DNA of 17,182 nt from Pseudomonadota bacterium (GCA_039799905.1 JBDLRP010000023.1:1-17182), one strand, 5' to 3'. Positions 1-8,265 are shown, counted from the stretch's first letter. Numbers and translations are program-made. The notes: generated by a model not told the origin, from the letters alone.

Positions 1-894
1 GTTGGAGTCGGCGAAAAACTCGGACTGCATTTTGACGTGCTCAAAGAAGTCAATCCGCGCATCATCACCTGCAGCGTGACGGGCTTTGGCGAAACAGGCC
101 CCAACCGTGACTGCACAAGCTTTGATATGGTGGCGCAGGCGACGGGCGGAGGTATGACGCTCACAGGCGATGGCGTTCATCCGCTGCGGTCGGGAATTCC
201 GATTGGTGACTTGGGCGGCGGTTTGATGGCGACAATCGGCATTCTTACAGCGCTGCAGGCCCGAGTGCGCAGTGGCAGCGGACAGCATGTGGATATTTCC
301 ATGCAAGATGCGCAAGTGAGCCTTTTGAATTACATGGCAACCATGACCGCATTGTCGGGCGAGGCGCCCAAGGCCAATGGCAATGCCCACTTTGTCCATG
401 TTCCATATGATTCATTTCCGACGCGCGACAAGCACATCATCATTGCCATCATTACAAATGAACTGTGGAAAACTTTTATTGAAACCATGGGGCTCGCTGA
501 GCTTGACACTGCCGAGAATGCCGAACAGCCCGGCCGCTGGAAAAACAGAGATATTATCACCCGCGCGCTCAGTGACGCGTTGCGCGAGCGCTCGTGTGAA
601 GAGTGGCTGGCAATTTTGCGTCCGGCCGGAGTGCCCTGTGCGCCGGTCAACGACGTTCATGCGGTGCTCAACGATCCGCATCTGCACGCCCGCAACATGA
701 TTGTCGACGTTCCGCATGTGAGCGGTCGTAGTGTGCGTCAGGCGGGTAATCCTGTGAAACTTTCTGCGGCAGGTGAAGACACATTCAGCCCACCGCCGAG
801 AGTCGGCGAGCACACGCACGCAGTGCTGACTGATTTACTGGGATATTCCGAGTCTGCGCTGTCTGAACTTCGCAATGCTGGGGTGATTCAATGA
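1..894 (+). CDS. Family III CoA-transferase (CaiB/BaiF/formyl-CoA transferase family), 5'-truncated by the window edge
   Basis: The frame is open from base 1 (VGVGEKLGLHFDVLKEVNPRII..), so GTG at 37 is not the real start. Family motifs: NPRIITCSVTGFGETGP, FD..AQA.GG.M, 'PIGDLGGG' (catalytic Asp position), 'G.GQHVDISM', PYDSF.T.D, GVPCAPVN, PPPRVGEHT..VL..LG.. Confidence 0.93.
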   Translation, partial: VGVGEKLGLHFDVLKEVNPRIITCSVTGFGETGPNRDCTSFDMVAQATGGGMTLTGDGVHPLRSGIPIGDLGGGLMATIGILTALQARVRSGSGQHVDISMQDAQVSLLNYMATMTALSGEAPKANGNAHFVHVPYDSFPTRDKHIIIAIITNELWKTFIETMGLAELDTAENAEQPGRWKNRDIITRALSDALRERSCEEWLAILRPAGVPCAPVNDVHAVLNDPHLHARNMIVDVPHVSGRSVRQAGNPVKLSAAGEDTFSPPPRVGEHTHAVLTDLLGYSESALSELRNAGVIQ

Positions 895-1862
895 TTCAAA
901 ATGAGCAACACGCGCAGGCGCAGTCCGCCCACTCGGGCGAATTTGATTTTTCATCCGCACCGCTCAGGTACTGGGAAGTCAGTCCGCGCGACGGCCTGCA
1001 AAGCGAAAAGCAGATTCTCCCGCTGCAGGTTAAACGCGACCTTATTTTCGGTCTGATGGATGCTGGCGTGAGGCACATTGAAGCGGGTAGCTTCGTCAAG
1101 GCGATACCTCAGCTGGCCGATACCGACGCGCTGATTGAGTCGCTTCAAACCCATCCCCTGCGCTCGCAGACAAAACTCACCGGACTCATTTTCAATGAGA
1201 AGGGCCTTGAGCGTGCATCAACTGCGGGCGTTGACGGAGTCTGCATTGTTGCGATTCCCTCGGATCAACTGTCGTTAAAAAATTGCGGCGCAGATGCGCG
1301 CGAAGGTTTGCGCCGTGCATTGCTCTTGGCAGACGAGGCCAAGGCTCGTGGGCTTTTTGTGCGGGTTGACGTTGCGACCTCGTGGGTGTGTCCATTTGCC
1401 GGCGCGATGCCCGAACAGCTCGTGCTCGATTACGTTTCGCAGATTCTTGAAAAACCGAGTGTCGACGAACTCGCGCTCGCTGACACTATCGGTCACGCTC
1501 ATCCACTGCAGGTGTTGTCGACCTTCTTGAAGCTTGGCAAGCGCTTTGGCACGGAAAGGCTCGCCGGACATTTTCACGACACGCAGGGGCTCGCTTTGGC
1601 CAATGTCACTGCAGCGCTCACAGCAGGGGTGAGAATTTTTGATGCCTCGTTGGGTGGACTGGGTGGATGCCCATTTGCCCCCGGTGCTGCCGGAAATCTT
1701 GCGACGGAAGACCTCCTTCTCATGGTGCAGAAGTTTACTCCGCCGCAGCTCAGCGATGTATCGCTGCCTTCCTTGTGGAAGGTGATAGGCGACGTCGAGC
1801 GCGAAGTGGGTCGCACGTTGGGCGGGCGCAGTGCGCAGTGGTGGAGGAACAGTCAGAAATGA
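891..1862 (+). CDS. HMG-CoA lyase / (R)-citramalyl-CoA lyase family (DRE-TIM metallolyase)
   Basis: EVSPRDGLQSE (RD motif), IEAGSFV, LADTIG.A.P, GHFHDT.G.ALAN (metal-binding HxH), GLGGCPFAPGAAGNLATEDL. ATGA overlap with the upstream stop at 891-894. Confidence 0.9.
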   Translation: MIQNEQHAQAQSAHSGEFDFSSAPLRYWEVSPRDGLQSEKQILPLQVKRDLIFGLMDAGVRHIEAGSFVKAIPQLADTDALIESLQTHPLRSQTKLTGLIFNEKGLERASTAGVDGVCIVAIPSDQLSLKNCGADAREGLRRALLLADEAKARGLFVRVDVATSWVCPFAGAMPEQLVLDYVSQILEKPSVDELALADTIGHAHPLQVLSTFLKLGKRFGTERLAGHFHDTQGLALANVTAALTAGVRIFDASLGGLGGCPFAPGAAGNLATEDLLLMVQKFTPPQLSDVSLPSLWKVIGDVEREVGRTLGGRSAQWWRNSQK

Positions 1863-3331
1863 CACAGTTCCTGCGAGTTGGTTCTGCGCTTTTGAAAAAA
1901 GACAACAGCACCCTCAGTCGCCCGCGCACGCTGCTGGATAAAATTTGGGAAAAGGCCACTGTCGTATCCGAGTGCGCCGATCATCCTGCGGTGATTTTTG
2001 TTGACCTTCATGTGTTGCATGAGGTGACTTCGAGTCAGGCCTTCGCAGCATTGCAAAAGCGCGGACTGCCGGTGCTGCACCCTGAGCGGACACTGGCTCT
2101 CACAGATCATGCTGTCCCCACGGCATCGCCGGACTCGCGCGGGCGCTGGCCCTTCGCCAGTGAACAAACCCGCCATGCGGTCGAGACCCTGCAACGGAAT
2201 TCTCAGGCAAACGGCATCAAATGTTTTGCTCTGGATGACGATCGGCAAGGCATCGTTCATGCAGTTGTTCCTGAACTGGGACTCACGTGGCCCGCGACAG
2301 TGATTGCCTGTGGCGACAGTCACACCAGCACACAGGGCGCCTATGGTGCTTTAGCGTTTGGAATAGGCAGCAGCGAGGTGGCCGCAGTGCTTGCGACACA
2401 GACGCTGTTGATGAAAAAGCCGCGCGCGTTGCGTGTCGAACTGACCGGCAGTCATAAGCCTTTGGGTGTCACGGCAAAAGACATCGCACTGGCAGTGCTG
2501 GCTGAAATCGGAGTCGGTGGAGCACAGGGCGGAGTGATTGAGTTTTGCGGCGATGCCATTCCTTTACTCTCGATGGATGAGCGCATGACGCTCTGCAATC
2601 AAAGTGTCGAGGCTGGCGCACGCACGGGACTCATCGCGCCCGATGCAATTACGTTTGCAGACCTGCAGCAGCGCACCGGTGTTCCGGTCGGCACGGAGTT
2701 TGCAGAGCTCTGCGCACAGTGGAGCGCATTCAAATCCGATGAAGGCGCTGTCTATGAAAGAACTTGGACCATCAACATCGAAAAATTATCGCCCCGTGCG
2801 ACATATGGAACTCTTCCTGCGCTGTCGCTGGCTCTGGACGAAAATATTCCCGCGCATCCGCCTGCAGGTTGTGATGAACAGCAGTGGCGTGCCGGACTCG
2901 AATACATGGCCATGGAGGCGGGCAAGCCGTTGCGCGGAACGCGCGTTCAGCATGTGTTTATAGGCAGCTGCACGAATGGCCGGCTGAGTGATTTGCGATT
3001 GGCGGCAGAACTCTTGCGCGGCAAGAAGATTTCGCCCGACGTCAAAATGTGGGTTGTTCCCGCGAGCCGTTCAATCAAACGTGCCGCTGAGGCAGAAGGG
3101 CTCGATCAGGTGTTTAAATCGGCGGGTGCGCTCTGGCGTGAATCGGGCTGCTCACTGTGTGTGGCCATGAACGGCGATTTTATTCCGGCGGGTGAGTTGT
3201 GTGTGAGCACGAGCAACCGCAATTTTGCACACCGGCAGGGACCTTTGAGCAGAACGATTCTCGTCAGTCCGCTCACAGCGGCCGCAACTGCACTCACTGG
3301 TCAGCTCACCGATCCGCGGGAGGTGCTCTGA
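1859..3331 (+). CDS. leuC: 3-isopropylmalate dehydratase large subunit-like (aconitase family, 4Fe-4S), divergent LeuC paralog
   Basis: RTLLDKIW, HEVTS, TDH.VPT, CGDSHT, FIGSCTNGR, GCSLC, STSNRNF. All three Fe-S Cys present. Start moved from the track's 1667 to ATG 1859 (ATGA overlap with the lyase stop), giving 490 aa. Substrate may not be isopropylmalate. Confidence 0.88.
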   Translation: MTQFLRVGSALLKKDNSTLSRPRTLLDKIWEKATVVSECADHPAVIFVDLHVLHEVTSSQAFAALQKRGLPVLHPERTLALTDHAVPTASPDSRGRWPFASEQTRHAVETLQRNSQANGIKCFALDDDRQGIVHAVVPELGLTWPATVIACGDSHTSTQGAYGALAFGIGSSEVAAVLATQTLLMKKPRALRVELTGSHKPLGVTAKDIALAVLAEIGVGGAQGGVIEFCGDAIPLLSMDERMTLCNQSVEAGARTGLIAPDAITFADLQQRTGVPVGTEFAELCAQWSAFKSDEGAVYERTWTINIEKLSPRATYGTLPALSLALDENIPAHPPAGCDEQQWRAGLEYMAMEAGKPLRGTRVQHVFIGSCTNGRLSDLRLAAELLRGKKISPDVKMWVVPASRSIKRAAEAEGLDQVFKSAGALWRESGCSLCVAMNGDFIPAGELCVSTSNRNFAHRQGPLSRTILVSPLTAAATALTGQLTDPREVL

Positions 3332-3966
3332 TGAGTCAGCAAGGTTGGACACACTGGACGGGTCGTGCGGTTGTTCTTGCGCGGGACAACATCGACACAG
3401 ACCAAATCTACCCCGGCCGTTTTCTTGCACTGACAAACCGTGCCGACATGGCACCTGCTTTTTTTGCGGACTGGCGCTTTGATGTCGATGGACGTCCACG
3501 TGCGGATTCTCCTTTTAGAGAGGGTCAGAGCGTTCTTGTCGCAGGCGAAAATTTTGGCTGCGGATCGTCGCGTGAGCATGCTGTCTGGGTGATGCAGGAT
3601 TTTGGAATTCGTGCCGTTCTGGCGCGTTCCTTTGCGCCCATCTTCAGACAGAATGCAATCGCAAACGGAATCGCCCCTGTGCAGATCCCTGCTGACGTTT
3701 GGCAGGAGCTGACCCAAGACCCGACGGCGCGATTTGAAATCACAGTTGACTTGCTTGCAGGTCAGGCGCTTGCATTTTCAACACAGCCGCTCGTTTTGAA
3801 ACTCTTTCAATTTTCGCTCGATCCGTTCGATGTGCATTGCCTGCGCAACGGAGTCGACCCGCTCGGCTTTCTGCTGTCATCTGTCGACCTGCAAAAAGCA
3901 TTTCTGCAAAACAAAAGTAACCGCCATTCCTTACAAGTCTATTTTTCCAAGGGAGAATCAACGTGA
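3331..3966 (+). CDS. leuD: 3-isopropylmalate dehydratase small subunit-like (LeuD)
   Basis: DNIDTDQI.P.RFL, F.DWRF, LVAGENFGCGSSREHAVW, FA.IF..N...NG. Start moved to ATG 3331 (TGATG overlap with the leuC stop), giving 211 aa. Confidence 0.88.
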   Translation: MSQQGWTHWTGRAVVLARDNIDTDQIYPGRFLALTNRADMAPAFFADWRFDVDGRPRADSPFREGQSVLVAGENFGCGSSREHAVWVMQDFGIRAVLARSFAPIFRQNAIANGIAPVQIPADVWQELTQDPTARFEITVDLLAGQALAFSTQPLVLKLFQFSLDPFDVHCLRNGVDPLGFLLSSVDLQKAFLQNKSNRHSLQVYFSKGEST

Positions 3967-4901
3967 CCACCGCCGCACAAGGACATCAGCCCATGAACAA
4001 CCCAAACGCTCTTCCCAAGCCCGCACCGCTGCGCGCAAATCCGCGCACATCCATTGGCCGGCTGCATGTCGAGAGCGAACAGTCGCTTTACTCTGTGGTT
4101 GAGTTTACAAAGACACCCTTTCAGATTGCCAACTTCATCGGTGGCGATCGCGGCGAGACACAAATTCTTTCTCAAGACGCGGCAACCGGTGAGTCCACGC
4201 AGCGTGTGACCATCAAAAAAGGCTGGCAGGCGCCCATTGGTCACTTCGACACTGACGTCGAAATTTTTGTGCTCTCCGGTGAACTCAAACAGGGCGGATT
4301 CAAGCTGCGCAATCTTTCCTACACCTACCTTCCGGCTGGTCTTGCCACGGGGCCGTGGGAAGCCTCGGAAGAAACTGTTCTGCTTTTCATGCCCGATCGC
4401 AAACCTAATTATCTGACCGCTCCCTATGCTGATCTTGAGCAAATTCCTGAGAATTCCGCTTATCATTTGAACACGCAGATGAACGACCGGATGGTCGACT
4501 ATATTCCATGCAAAGAAATCAATTCGATGAACTGGGAGCAGACCACATTCCTGCCGGCCGGTTCTGCGCGCAAGAGCCTGTTCAAGTGTCCGCGCACCGG
4601 CCGTGCGACCTGGATTTTGGGTCTTGTGCCGATGTGGATCGAAGGCAACTTCTTTGCAGGGCATCCGACCGCCGAGGAGGCGTATTTGATTCGCGGCGAC
4701 GTGCAGGGTCATTGGAGCATGCAGGATGATCCGTTCAATCGTCGTTACTCAGCAATGCGCGACAATGGTTACTACTGGCGTCCGGCGCATATCGCGCACG
4801 GGCCGTTTTGGTCCGAGAGCGGTGCCCTTTGCCTTTTCCGCACCAAGGATCGTCTTGATTGCCACTGGGCACTTCACAATCCCGACATCACCCAGCGCTG
4901 A
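3963..4901 (+). CDS. Two-domain cupin protein (DUF4437/ChrR-cupin-like)
   Basis: Two cupin-like repeats: GHF...VEIFVLSGEL...YTYLPAG and GHPTAEEAYLIRGD...YYWRPAHIAHGPF. GTGA overlap with the leuD stop and AAGGGAG RBS at about 3949-3955. An alternative ATG is at 3993. Confidence 0.7.
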   Translation: MTTAAQGHQPMNNPNALPKPAPLRANPRTSIGRLHVESEQSLYSVVEFTKTPFQIANFIGGDRGETQILSQDAATGESTQRVTIKKGWQAPIGHFDTDVEIFVLSGELKQGGFKLRNLSYTYLPAGLATGPWEASEETVLLFMPDRKPNYLTAPYADLEQIPENSAYHLNTQMNDRMVDYIPCKEINSMNWEQTTFLPAGSARKSLFKCPRTGRATWILGLVPMWIEGNFFAGHPTAEEAYLIRGDVQGHWSMQDDPFNRRYSAMRDNGYYWRPAHIAHGPFWSESGALCLFRTKDRLDCHWALHNPDITQR

Positions 4902-4916
4902 GCGAAGGAACTTTTT

Positions 4917-6200
4917 ATGAATCAGAAAATCTCTTCATATGGCTGGTTGATGGTGGCGTGCGGATTTCTGATTCTGCTTGTGACCAACGGAATGACCCTG
5001 ACGGGCATCACCGTCTTTGACAATCTCTTGCTCACTGAATTCGGCTGGCAACGGGGTGCGCTGAAATTGCGCGACCTCATCACCTTTGCCGGTGCTGGAA
5101 TGATAGCGCCCCTGTTTGGATACTATGCGGACAAAGGACACATCAAAAATTGTCTTTTGCTGGGCTGCGGCTTTTTGGCTGCAGGCCTCATCGTTTATTC
5201 AAAGGTTGAATCGCTGGCAGGTGTTTACCTTGCGCATGCGTTCTTTGGTTTGTCGCTGGCTGCTGCTGGAATCGTCAGTGTTGTGTTCTTGGTGTCGACG
5301 CAGGTTCCAGCTTCGCGCCGTGGTCTTGCCCTCGGACTTGCGTTGGTTGGTTCGAGCTTAGGGAATACCGTGTTTCCGCAGCTAAGCCTCAACCTGCTCA
5401 AAAGCATGGACTGGCGCTCTGCATTTTTGAACCTGAGTCTTGTTCCTGCGCTGCTCGCGGTGGCGATTGTGTTTACTGTGCGCAGAAGGATGCTGCGTCC
5501 GCCACAGGGCGCTGTCACCAGTTCCACGCAGGAATCAGTCACTGCCACTTCCGAATCCGAATCCGTTAATGTTGTTCCATCGCAGCCCCTCTCGTCGATT
5601 TTGCTGAGCAGCGCGTTCTGGAAAATCGGCATCATTGCGATGCTGACGTTCTTTGCGATTCTTGGTGTGACAAGCCACGCCTTTTTGCGCCTCACGGGTG
5701 CCGGTTTTGCTCCTCAGGAGGCAGGCCGCGCGATTGGAATTTTGTTCATGATGGGCCTTGTGGGCAAGCTCTTTTCGGGAGTTTTTGCCGATCGCTTTTC
5801 ACATCGCACGCTGATGGCTGTGTCGCTGCTGCTGATGATCGCCGGCGCAGTTGGTCTGGCGTCTTTCGTGTCGCAGGGGTTGCTCTATTGGGTGGTCGCC
5901 TTTGGTCTCGGCTGGGGAGCGCTCTACACACTCATTCAGATTGCCACTGTCTCATCTTTCGGCACAGTTGGCTCTGGGCGCATCTTGGGAGCCATTGCGG
6001 TTCTCGAGGCATTGGGCGGCGGACTTGGGCCGTGGCTGATTGGTCTGACCTTCGACAAGACAGGGTCATATTCGTTTGGCTTCTCGCTGATTGCCGCAGG
6101 TCTTGTCGTGGCGTTTGTGCTCAGCAGGTTGTTGCCAGAGTCCCGTAGCCATTTTGCTGCAGCAGTGCAGAAACAATCAGTTTTCCCGAACGCTTTGTAA
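4917..6200 (+). CDS. MFS transporter (12-TM, monocarboxylate/OFA-like)
   Basis: About 12 hydrophobic segments. MFS motif A variants GYYADK and GVFADRF; 'RRGLALGL...GSSLG', 'WRSAF', 'G..FDKTGSY'. AAGGA RBS in a 15-bp gap after the cupin gene. Confidence 0.9.
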   Translation: MNQKISSYGWLMVACGFLILLVTNGMTLTGITVFDNLLLTEFGWQRGALKLRDLITFAGAGMIAPLFGYYADKGHIKNCLLLGCGFLAAGLIVYSKVESLAGVYLAHAFFGLSLAAAGIVSVVFLVSTQVPASRRGLALGLALVGSSLGNTVFPQLSLNLLKSMDWRSAFLNLSLVPALLAVAIVFTVRRRMLRPPQGAVTSSTQESVTATSESESVNVVPSQPLSSILLSSAFWKIGIIAMLTFFAILGVTSHAFLRLTGAGFAPQEAGRAIGILFMMGLVGKLFSGVFADRFSHRTLMAVSLLLMIAGAVGLASFVSQGLLYWVVAFGLGWGALYTLIQIATVSSFGTVGSGRILGAIAVLEALGGGLGPWLIGLTFDKTGSYSFGFSLIAAGLVVAFVLSRLLPESRSHFAAAVQKQSVFPNAL

Positions 6201-6278
6201 TAACTTCGGGTTTCTCTCCAGTCGGCGCAGATGTGCAAGCGCAGAGTAAATGCCTGGATCAAAAAACCCTAAAACATC

Positions 6279-6305
6279 TCACATTAATTCTGTACCTGCC
6301 GATCC
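6279..6305 (+). promoter_or_regulatory. Possible sigma28 (FliA)-type promoter
   Basis: TCAC-N15-GCCGATCC, about 40 nt upstream of the ATG at 6345. Resembles the consensus TAAA/TCAA-N15-GCCGATAA. Confidence 0.35.
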
Positions 6306-6344
6306 CTGAGCGAGCGGGCTGACCTGCCCAGAAGCGAGGATCCC

Positions 6345-7106
6345 ATGAAACACGCCGCATATGCCCTCTTTGCAGTGATTGTCCTTGCACCCTTGGGCTG
6401 CAAACCAAAGAGCACGGATACTCAGGTTTCTGGTGCTTCTATGCAACAAGGGGAAAGGCATCTCGTATTTGCCGAAAGCGGATTTCAGCACAAGGTAAGT
6501 TGTGAGTTCAAAATCAGACAGGGAGATACTCCAGCCCAGTGGCAGAGTGCTCCCGAGATAGCCGGTGCACGAAAGCAGGTTGAATTACTTATTAACAAAG
6601 TTGGTCTTTTGGCGGAGTATCGTGTTTGTGTCGACGTTTTCTCGAGAGACAACATTCGAACGGTGAAGTTGGATTCAAAAAGCTGCGCGGCACGTGAATG
6701 TGCCCCTCCGGCAACTGGACTCCAGCGGCTCGTAAACGCTGCCGACGCCGGAATAGAGGATGGTAATTTTGTTTCACGAACGACAATATACTTAAATGAC
6801 TGGACCCGCGGTGAGAAAGAACAAACTTCAATTCACCTGAGTGAAAAGAGAGTACATCTGACGTGGCGAATGACGGACGATATCAGTAAGCCTGATTTCA
6901 AAGTCGACGGAAAAGAGCTAACCACGTGGGCGAGGCAAAATTCCGGCAAGATTTGCGCATCACTCAAGCGAAGCCAGAAAGCCGGATTGAACAGCGAACA
7001 AGCTTATAGCGCATTGAGTGAGGAGTTCAGAGCCGCCGGTCTCGACGACCAGGAAGCCGGAATCGTTGCGGAACTCGTGAAGAGCGAAAACTGCGGGGGG
7101 TTGTAG
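6345..7106 (+). CDS. Hypothetical lipoprotein
   Basis: 253-aa ORF with GAGGA RBS. Basic N-terminus, hydrophobic stretch, lipobox PLG-C19 followed by KPK. No family recognised. Confidence 0.7.
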   Translation: MKHAAYALFAVIVLAPLGCKPKSTDTQVSGASMQQGERHLVFAESGFQHKVSCEFKIRQGDTPAQWQSAPEIAGARKQVELLINKVGLLAEYRVCVDVFSRDNIRTVKLDSKSCAARECAPPATGLQRLVNAADAGIEDGNFVSRTTIYLNDWTRGEKEQTSIHLSEKRVHLTWRMTDDISKPDFKVDGKELTTWARQNSGKICASLKRSQKAGLNSEQAYSALSEEFRAAGLDDQEAGIVAELVKSENCGGL

Positions 7107-7128
7107 ACTAGCTCAAAAGTAGTTTGCT

Positions 7129-8010
7129 CTAGCGCCCTTCCAGCAATTCAATGGAATATCCATCGGGGTCTTTTATAAAAGCCATCCCGCCTTTACCGCT
7201 TGGAGTCGTTGAAGGCCCCCAAGAGAAATCCCAACCCGCCCGTTTGATTCTTTCACCGAACTCTTTCAGTGAGGGAACGGCAAGTGCGATGTGACCATAG
7301 CCCTTGCCAAGGTCATAAGCTTCAACTCCCCAGTTGTAGGTGAGCTCCAACTCAGGCTCGTCGCCTGTTCCAGCCCTCACACGCAAAAAGGCGAGTGTGA
7401 ATTTACCTTCGGGATAATCGCTTTTGCGCGCTAATTCGAAGCCAAGAACTCGCGTGTAAAAGTCGATGCTCCTATTGAGGTCACCAACCCGCAGCATTGT
7501 GTGCAGAAACCTGTATCCTTCTTTTGCCGATAATTTTTCATCAAGAGTGGCAACGAGTTTCTCGAGACCGTGCTGATCGGCATCATCAAAACGGTTCTCG
7601 AGTGGACTATCGATGTCGAGCACTCCGATGAGCTTTCCACCGACGTGCACGGGCACCACAATCTCGGATCGTGTTGCGCTATCACACGCTATGTGTCCGG
7701 CGAATTTCTCAACATCGGGCACCAGAATAGTTTTGTTTTGCAGAGCCGCAGTGCCGCAAACTCCGCGGCCAAGTTTTATTCGTGTGCATGCGAGCTTTCC
7801 TTGAAACGGGCCAAGTACGAGCTCATCGGATTTGAGCAGATAAAAACCCGCCCAGTTGATGTCCGGCAGGCTTGAATAGAGGAGCGCCGAAACGTTTGCC
7901 AGATTGGCGTGAAAGTCGCTTTCGGCATCGAGCAGCGAACGCACTGCCGAATTGAGCGATTCGTACATGGCAGATTTGTCGGACGAACTGATTTCAAATT
8001 GCATCGACAC
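7129..8010 (-). CDS. Fusion of GAF-type free methionine-(R)-sulfoxide reductase (MsrC/YebR) and lactoylglutathione lyase (glyoxalase I, GloA)
   Basis: N-half: WAGFYL, LVLGPFQGKLAC, GRGVCGTAA, HIACD..TRSEIVVP, GVLDIDSP. C-half: LHTMLRVGDL.RSIDFY..VLG, GKFTLAFL, ELTYNW, GYGHIA, AFIKDPDGY.IEL. Start is probably GTG 8010 or ATG 8004 after GGAGGAGG (8016-8023), not 8220. Confidence 0.9.
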   Translation of the reverse strand: MSMQFEISSSDKSAMYESLNSAVRSLLDAESDFHANLANVSALLYSSLPDINWAGFYLLKSDELVLGPFQGKLACTRIKLGRGVCGTAALQNKTILVPDVEKFAGHIACDSATRSEIVVPVHVGGKLIGVLDIDSPLENRFDDADQHGLEKLVATLDEKLSAKEGYRFLHTMLRVGDLNRSIDFYTRVLGFELARKSDYPEGKFTLAFLRVRAGTGDEPELELTYNWGVEAYDLGKGYGHIALAVPSLKEFGERIKRAGWDFSWGPSTTPSGKGGMAFIKDPDGYSIELLEGR

Positions 8011-8208
8011 AGTGGCCTCCTCCAGATTGTACCTTTGCGGTGCACTCGGGCGCGTCCGAGTTATTCCCGATTCAGACGAGGGGTTACGAAAAACTGCTCC
8101 AACCATCAAGGACGTTGCGATTTGAACTGCTGGGAAGTGATAGTGAGGACAACCAAGGAGTAACTTTGTGATTGGCGTAACTAACTGTATATACTGCAAA
8201 TATATGTG

Positions 8209-8241
8209 ATTGTTAAACAATTTTGCTAATCGCTCCGATAC
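8209..8241 (+). promoter_or_regulatory. Possible sigma28-type promoter with an overlapping palindromic operator
   Basis: TAAA(8214-8217)-N16-TCCGATAC(8234-8241), about 25 nt upstream of the TTG start at 8266. The perfect inverted repeat ATTGTT-A-AACAAT (8209-8221) covers the -35 element. Confidence 0.45.
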
Positions 8242-8265
8242 GCACGCAGTTAAGGGGGTGGGGAT

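Noticed and set aside
884..899. Tandem TGATTCAA repeat at the CoA-transferase/lyase junction
   Set aside because: Only two 8-bp copies, explained by the VIQ*/MIQ overlap. No sign of a target-site duplication or mobile element.
1667..1858. N-terminal extension of the leuC ORF in the track (554 aa)
   Set aside because: It overlaps the conserved C-terminus of the lyase. ATG 1859 gives an ATGA coupling and a normal LeuC length.
3199..3330. N-terminal extension of the leuD ORF
   Set aside because: It overlaps conserved leuC motifs. ATG 3331 gives a TGATG coupling.
1859..3966. Ordinary leucine biosynthesis operon
   Set aside because: The adjacent DRE-TIM gene has HMG-CoA-lyase motifs (GGCPFAPGA.GN) rather than LeuA motifs, there is no leuB in the window, and the context is catabolic. 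Not fully excluded without the rest of the genome.
3939..4712. 257-aa antisense ORF, and the other short overlapping ORFs in the track such as 1275-1865, 5225-5695 and 14198-14653
   Set aside because: They lie opposite or within well-supported genes, have no recognisable motifs, and are expected shadow ORFs at this GC content.
8044..8061. Small hairpin ACTCGG-N6-CCGAGT upstream of the GAF-GloA gene
   Set aside because: A 6-7-bp stem with no U-tract is too short to distinguish from chance.
8185..8200. LexA/SOS-box-like CTGTATATACTGCAAA
   Set aside because: The right half-site is not ACAG/CAG; only the left half matches.
8011..8220. 70-aa N-terminal extension of the GAF-GloA ORF
   Set aside because: AT-rich, promoter-like divergent intergenic sequence. 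A strong GGAGGAGG sits just before GTG 8010/ATG 8004.
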